From: an uncultured Chloroflexia bacterium
GTDB lineage: Bacteria; Chloroflexota; Limnocylindria; Limnocylindrales; CSP1-4
Direction: 5' to 3'
Length of the DNA stretch: 64,000 bases
Assembly (NCBI GenBank): GCA_963752475.1
Contig: CAVVYR010000006.1
Coordinates: 384,001 to 448,000 of the forward strand
Part shown: in pieces, positions 59,431-64,000 of the stretch
How the letters are laid out: every line of letters starts with the position of its first letter
Position numbering within the stretch: position 1 is the stretch's first letter
Notes under the pieces: generated by a model
The model's input: the letters and a program-made list of their open reading frames with translations, nothing else
The model's database searches: none
Told to the model about the DNA's origin: nothing
Translations under genes and position numbers: made by a program

Positions 59431-60081
59431 CTAGAGGAGGATGAGGCCGCTCCGTTCGGGCAGGACACCCGCCCGCAGCGCCCCCAGGGTCTCGGCCGTG
59501 TCCGCGGGGAACGTTGACCGCAGCGCCTCGCGGTGGTCTCGAAGGATGCGTCGGTTGCGGTGGGTCCCGGCGACCAGCAGCACCACCCTGTCGGCCCCAC
59601 TGTCGCGGGACTTGGCCTCACACCTCCGCTGCAGCGCTTGCAGGTCGAACAGGCGGGTTTCGGCATCGATCCCGACCGTCCCAGGCCCGGACAGGAAGAC
59701 GTCCCATGCTCGCATGTCGCCGCTCTGCCCGATGAGCACCTCCGACGCCCACCGCCAGCGAGCGTGGACTTCCTTGCGTAGTCGCTCGAGGAGGCGCAGT
59801 TGCCCAGCGTCGCGCACTGGCGATCCGACGGGGAACGTCTTGACGTCGAGGCGCAGTCCGAGTGCGGCGCAGCAGCGTGCGACCTCATCGATGGTGGCAC
59901 CAGCCGCCTGCGCGAGCTCGATCCTGCTGAATTGGGACTGGCTGGTTCCCGCAACCGCAGCCACATGCCCCTGACTCAGGCCGGCGGCAAGACGTGCTCC
60001 GCGCAGTTCGTCAGCCAGGCGTTGCTGGATCTTCGAAGCGTTGCGCTTGCCCATGGCCTGAGCGCGGTCGACCGTCGCCAT
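59431..60081 (-). CDS. XRE HTH protein with restriction-endonuclease-like C-terminus
   Basis: RLAAGLSQ..VA..AGTSQSQFSRIE; E...RAWD...IDAETR. Confidence 0.75.
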   Translation of the reverse strand: MATVDRAQAMGKRNASKIQQRLADELRGARLAAGLSQGHVAAVAGTSQSQFSRIELAQAAGATIDEVARCCAALGLRLDVKTFPVGSPVRDAGQLRLLERLRKEVHARWRWASEVLIGQSGDMRAWDVFLSGPGTVGIDAETRLFDLQALQRRCEAKSRDSGADRVVLLVAGTHRNRRILRDHREALRSTFPADTAETLGALRAGVLPERSGLILL

Positions 60082-60116
60082 TCGCCGCAGGGTAGGAGGG
60101 CGCCCTTCGCTGCCGC

Positions 60117-60614
60117 TTATCCCGCCTGGTTGCAGCCGGAGAGGACGATGAAGGCGTTGAGTTCGTTGACCACCTTCTGCGTATCCTCCTCGACGTGGGC
60201 AGAGGTCCGCCTGATCTGGGTGATGGTCCGGAAGTCCTCGATCGCCAGCTTCAGCTCGCCCATGCGGTAGCCGAGTCGTGTGAGGGAGTCCTCGAGCTCA
60301 TCCTCGCGCTCGCCAAGGTCGGCTCGCTCCAGCTCGGTGTGTGCCGCCTGCAGCTTGTCAAGCTCGATGTCGAGCGACGTGCGGTTCTCCAGGATCAGCT
60401 CGACCCGCCGGAGGTCAGCGAGCCGGGTCTCCATGTCGCCGACGCGCTGGCACAGCTCGCCCTGGGGGTCGACCGCGGGGACCGCGCTGGCGCTCGCGCT
60501 CGGGCTGGGTGACGGGCTCGGGGAGGCACCGGCCGGGTCGGTGGAGGCATCCCCGCCGCACGCGCTCGCCACCGCCAGGAGCGTGAGAGCGAAGGCGACG
60601 AGCGGTAGGCGCAT
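60117..60614 (-). CDS. Putative helical lipoprotein
   Basis: Lipobox-like VASAC-GG, SP linker. Confidence 0.7.
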   Translation of the reverse strand: MRLPLVAFALTLLAVASACGGDASTDPAGASPSPSPSPSASASAVPAVDPQGELCQRVGDMETRLADLRRVELILENRTSLDIELDKLQAAHTELERADLGEREDELEDSLTRLGYRMGELKLAIEDFRTITQIRRTSAHVEEDTQKVVNELNAFIVLSGCNQAG

Positions 60615-60656
60615 ACCGACGATGCTAGCGCGAGTGCTCATGTACGCTCACGGCCC

Positions 60657-62138
60657 ATGCATGAGCCGCTCTACCGCCCGTCGCTGGCGACGCTCACCGA
60701 CCTCTATCAGCTGACGATGGCCGGTGCCTATCACGCCACGGGCCGTGATCGGGACGACGCCGTCTTCCACATGTTCTTCCGGCGCCCGCCGTTCGGCTCA
60801 GGCTTCACGCTGGCCGCGGGCCTCGGCGAGGTCATCCGCTTCCTGCGCACGTTCCATTACTCCGACGAAGACCTGGCCTACCTCTCCGACCTTCGGGGCA
60901 ACACCGGTGAGCCGCTCTTCTCCGCGGCCTTCATCGAGCACCTCTCGACGCTCGAGCCTGGCCTCGGCCTCGACCTCGATGCTGTGCCCGAGGGCACGGT
61001 CGTGTTCCCCTACGAGCCGCTGCTGCGCGTGCGCGGTCCGCTGCTCGCCGCCCAGATCGTCGAGACGGCCCTGCTCAACCTCATCAACTTCCCCACGCTC
61101 GTGGCCACCAATGCGGCTCGCGTCGTGCTCGCCGCCGGCGGGGATTCCGTGCTGGAGTTCGGCCTTCGGCGCGCGCAGGGGCCCGATGGCGGCCTGTCGG
61201 CCAGTCGGGCGGCCTACCTCGGCGGCTGCGAGGCCACCAGCAACGTGCTTGCGGGGCGGCTCTTCGGCATCCCTGTCCGGGGCACGCACGCGCACTCCTG
61301 GATCCTCTCGTTCTCGGACGAGCAGGAGGCCATGGACACGTGGGCCGAGGTGCAGCCCCAGAACACCATCCTGCTCGTTGACACGTTCGACACGCTCGAC
61401 GGGGTGCGGCGAGCCATCGAGACCGGCAAGCGCATGCGGGCCGATGGACGCGAGCTCGACGGCATCCGCCTCGACTCGGGCGACCTCGCGTACCTCTCGC
61501 GGGAGGCCCGAGGCCTGCTCGACGAGGCCGGCTTCCCGAACGCGCGCATCGTGGCCTCCAGCGACCTCGATCCCGAGACCATCGCCAGCCTCCGCGAGCA
61601 GGGCGCGGCCATCGACACCTGGGGTGTGGGCACGCGGCTCGTGACCGCCTACGAACAGCCGGCGCTCGGTGGCGTCTACAAGCTCGCGGCCGTGCGCCGG
61701 GGTCCCGAAGAGGACTGGCGCATGACGGTCAAGGTCAGCGCCGACCCCGACAAGACGACCGTGCCGGGCATCCTCGGCGCTCGACGCTACTACGACAGGG
61801 CCGGGCAGGCCGCGGCCGACATGATCCACGACACGGCGTCCGAGGACGAACCCGGCGACTCCGTGGTCGACCCGGTGAACCCGCGGCGGCGCAAGTCCAT
61901 CGACCCATCGTGGCGAGAGGAGGAGCTGCTCGTGCCGACGCTGCGTGGCGGCGACCTCGTGACCGAGCTGCCCGACCTCACCACCTCGCGGACCCGGGCG
62001 CAGGAGCAGCTGGCCAGCTTCCACCCCGGCGTGCTCCGACGGCTGAACCCGCACCGCTACCCGGCTGGGCTCGACGTGACCCTGCACCGCCGCCGCGAGG
62101 CACTCGTCGAAGCGGCCCTCGACAACGGGTCCGCCTAG
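60657..62138 (+). CDS. pncB: Nicotinate phosphoribosyltransferase
   Basis: TDLYQLTM, EFGLRRAQG, GTHAHSW, IRLDSGD, GGVYKL. Confidence 0.96.
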   Translation: MHEPLYRPSLATLTDLYQLTMAGAYHATGRDRDDAVFHMFFRRPPFGSGFTLAAGLGEVIRFLRTFHYSDEDLAYLSDLRGNTGEPLFSAAFIEHLSTLEPGLGLDLDAVPEGTVVFPYEPLLRVRGPLLAAQIVETALLNLINFPTLVATNAARVVLAAGGDSVLEFGLRRAQGPDGGLSASRAAYLGGCEATSNVLAGRLFGIPVRGTHAHSWILSFSDEQEAMDTWAEVQPQNTILLVDTFDTLDGVRRAIETGKRMRADGRELDGIRLDSGDLAYLSREARGLLDEAGFPNARIVASSDLDPETIASLREQGAAIDTWGVGTRLVTAYEQPALGGVYKLAAVRRGPEEDWRMTVKVSADPDKTTVPGILGARRYYDRAGQAAADMIHDTASEDEPGDSVVDPVNPRRRKSIDPSWREEELLVPTLRGGDLVTELPDLTTSRTRAQEQLASFHPGVLRRLNPHRYPAGLDVTLHRRREALVEAALDNGSA

Positions 62139-62252
62139 ACCCGTGGGCCCGTCGACCGGCGGCGCAAAGCCGGGTCCGGCGATATAGTGCCGGCGCCGAG
62201 GACGCGGTCGGCAGGAGAGCGCGCTCGAGCTGCTGACGAGGAGTGACCCCTG

Positions 62253-63956
62253 ATGCGATCACGCCGCGCAGCCATGCTCCTCGCCTTCGCCGTCATCTTC
62301 ACGGCAAGCCCCATCTCGGCCCAGGAGGACGTTGCGGAGTCGACATCGCCCGAGGCCGAGATCGCCTCGCCGGTCGCGGAGGTGGCCTCACCCGAGCCGG
62401 TCCTGCCGCCCAAGGACTTGGGTGGAGCCTGGCGCAGGACCGCCGCGGGCCCATTCGGTGCGAACGACCTTCCCGGTGGCTGGACGGGCAAGGAGCTCAT
62501 CATCGTCGACCCCGAAGGTCGGCGCCGGGCCGCCGCCTACCGACCGTCGCTCGACCGCTGGGAGACGCTCGCACGGCCGCCGCGCAAGATCATGGCCGGC
62601 AGCAAGGCGCAGTGGACCGGCAGCGAGCTCCTGTTCATCGAGCCCCGCGGGACCTCCGTGCGAGGTCTCACCGCGTACGATCCTGAAACGGACTCGTGGC
62701 GCACCACGGCTCCATCGCCCATCAACGAGATCGCCGCCTCCGTGTGGGCCGATGACGTCCTTGTCGTGTCGTCCGTGGACCGGTCACGAGCCGCCATCTA
62801 CGACCCTGACGGCGATCTGTGGGCCGAGCTGCCCCCGCTTTCGGGCGCCACCCCCGTCTCGTTGCACTGGACAGGGGAACAGGTGCTGGCCCTCGCGGCG
62901 ATGCTCGAGGAGGTGACCGAGGCCGATGCCGAGCCGGTGACCCGAGCCGAACCCGAGGAAGCCGACGAACCGAGCCTCGAGCCAGACCCCAGGGCGCTGG
63001 CGTTCGTGTCGCTCGACCTCGACGAGGACGAGTGGGGCGAGCTCTCCGTCGGCCCCCTCACCGAACTGGGTGCGCCCGAGCCGCTGTGGATCGGCGATAG
63101 GTTCGTGTTCCTCACTGGCGCTGGCACCGCCCCCGAGGACGGCGAGACGATCTCGGTGGACGCGGCCTACGACCCGGCCGCGGACACCTGGACCGAGGTC
63201 GAGAACTCCTGTGACATCGACACCACCGGTGCGGTCTGGACCGGCACGCACCTCCTCTCGATGGCCACGCTCACCGGCTGGAAGGCCAAGTCCGACCGAT
63301 GCCTCACCTTGCCGGCGTCGCCGTGGCCCGCACGCGCCGACTCGCTCCAGTTCTGGACCGGCACGGAGTCGATCGAGATGAGCGGCAGCAGCGGAAGGCA
63401 GCCACGAAGGGACGGCACCGCCTACGACCCGTTCGCCAAGTCAGGCGCCCACAGCGTCGCACTCGACAAGGGCTCGCGCCCTGTTCGTGTGCGCGTGCCA
63501 TCACTCGGGATCGACCTGCCGGTCGTCTGGGACGGACGGAAGATCCCCGGTGGCTCGGCCGGCTACCCAGCCTGCGACGTGGCCGAGCAGTGGTCGGCTT
63601 TCGGGCTCCCCGGCGAACCGGGCACGACCTGGATCCTGGCGCATGCCCAGTACGGCATGTTCCTGCCGCTGCTGAACACGCTGAACAACGGCGGCAAGCG
63701 AGCCCTGCTGGGTCGGAAGGTCGAGGTCCAGCTACGCGACGGGCGGCTGCTGACGTACCGCACGTACAAGGTCAACCCGAGGGCCAGGAACACGAACATC
63801 GGCACGAGGAACCTCAAGAAGAACGAGCATCGGCTGGTGCTGCAGACGAGCACCGGCGTCGGCTCGGCGCCCAAGCTGCTGGTGGCGGCGCGCCTCGTGG
63901 ATGCCACTACCACCGACGAGCCACGACCCAAGCCTGATCCACGCGCCTGCGGCTAG
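62253..63956 (+). CDS. Exported Kelch-like propeller fused to sortase-like domain
   Basis: Signal peptide; WTG...YDP..D.W repeats; RVPSLGIDLPV, PGEPGTTWILAH, LVLQTS. Confidence 0.75.
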   Translation: MRSRRAAMLLAFAVIFTASPISAQEDVAESTSPEAEIASPVAEVASPEPVLPPKDLGGAWRRTAAGPFGANDLPGGWTGKELIIVDPEGRRRAAAYRPSLDRWETLARPPRKIMAGSKAQWTGSELLFIEPRGTSVRGLTAYDPETDSWRTTAPSPINEIAASVWADDVLVVSSVDRSRAAIYDPDGDLWAELPPLSGATPVSLHWTGEQVLALAAMLEEVTEADAEPVTRAEPEEADEPSLEPDPRALAFVSLDLDEDEWGELSVGPLTELGAPEPLWIGDRFVFLTGAGTAPEDGETISVDAAYDPAADTWTEVENSCDIDTTGAVWTGTHLLSMATLTGWKAKSDRCLTLPASPWPARADSLQFWTGTESIEMSGSSGRQPRRDGTAYDPFAKSGAHSVALDKGSRPVRVRVPSLGIDLPVVWDGRKIPGGSAGYPACDVAEQWSAFGLPGEPGTTWILAHAQYGMFLPLLNTLNNGGKRALLGRKVEVQLRDGRLLTYRTYKVNPRARNTNIGTRNLKKNEHRLVLQTSTGVGSAPKLLVAARLVDATTTDEPRPKPDPRACG

Positions 63957-64000
63957 CACGGACGTCGTGCGATGGCGCGCGCGGAGGCGTGTTCGATCGG

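Overview
High-GC bacterial DNA; gene content and style suggest a Chloroflexota (Limnocylindria-like) or actinobacterium-like host (inference). The window has three parts. (1) 1-10.5 kb is core genome: DMT transporter, holA, HD protein, comEC, frameshifted comEA, three LLM oxidoreductases and a serine hydrolase. (2) About 10.72-55.07 kb is a ~44 kb island with no integrase, bounded by two diverged ~340-bp copies of the leuS 3' end plus the hydrolase 5' end. It encodes an actinobacterial-type extracellular contractile injection system (eCIS): sheath, two tubes, LysM, VgrG, PAAR, gp25, baseplate, DUF4255, AAA ATPase and two DUF4157 proteins. It also carries two regulators, a set of exported proteins (three collagen-like, a metzincin, RTX-repeat, Ig-like and zinc-ribbon membrane proteins), an IS21 and an IS1202-like remnant. 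Four dispersed candidate cargo proteins share a QRxxGNxA(V/I) leader but lack DUF4157; one looks like a Zn-phospholipase C. A GGGCA-N8-TGCCC palindrome recurs in seven island promoter regions, linking structural and cargo genes into a putative regulon. (3) 55.2-64 kb is core genome: leuS, tRNA-Ala(GGC), YgjP-like peptidase, XRE protein, lipoprotein, pncB and a sortase-like protein with Ser replacing the catalytic Cys. All family calls are by motif recognition; no database searches were run.
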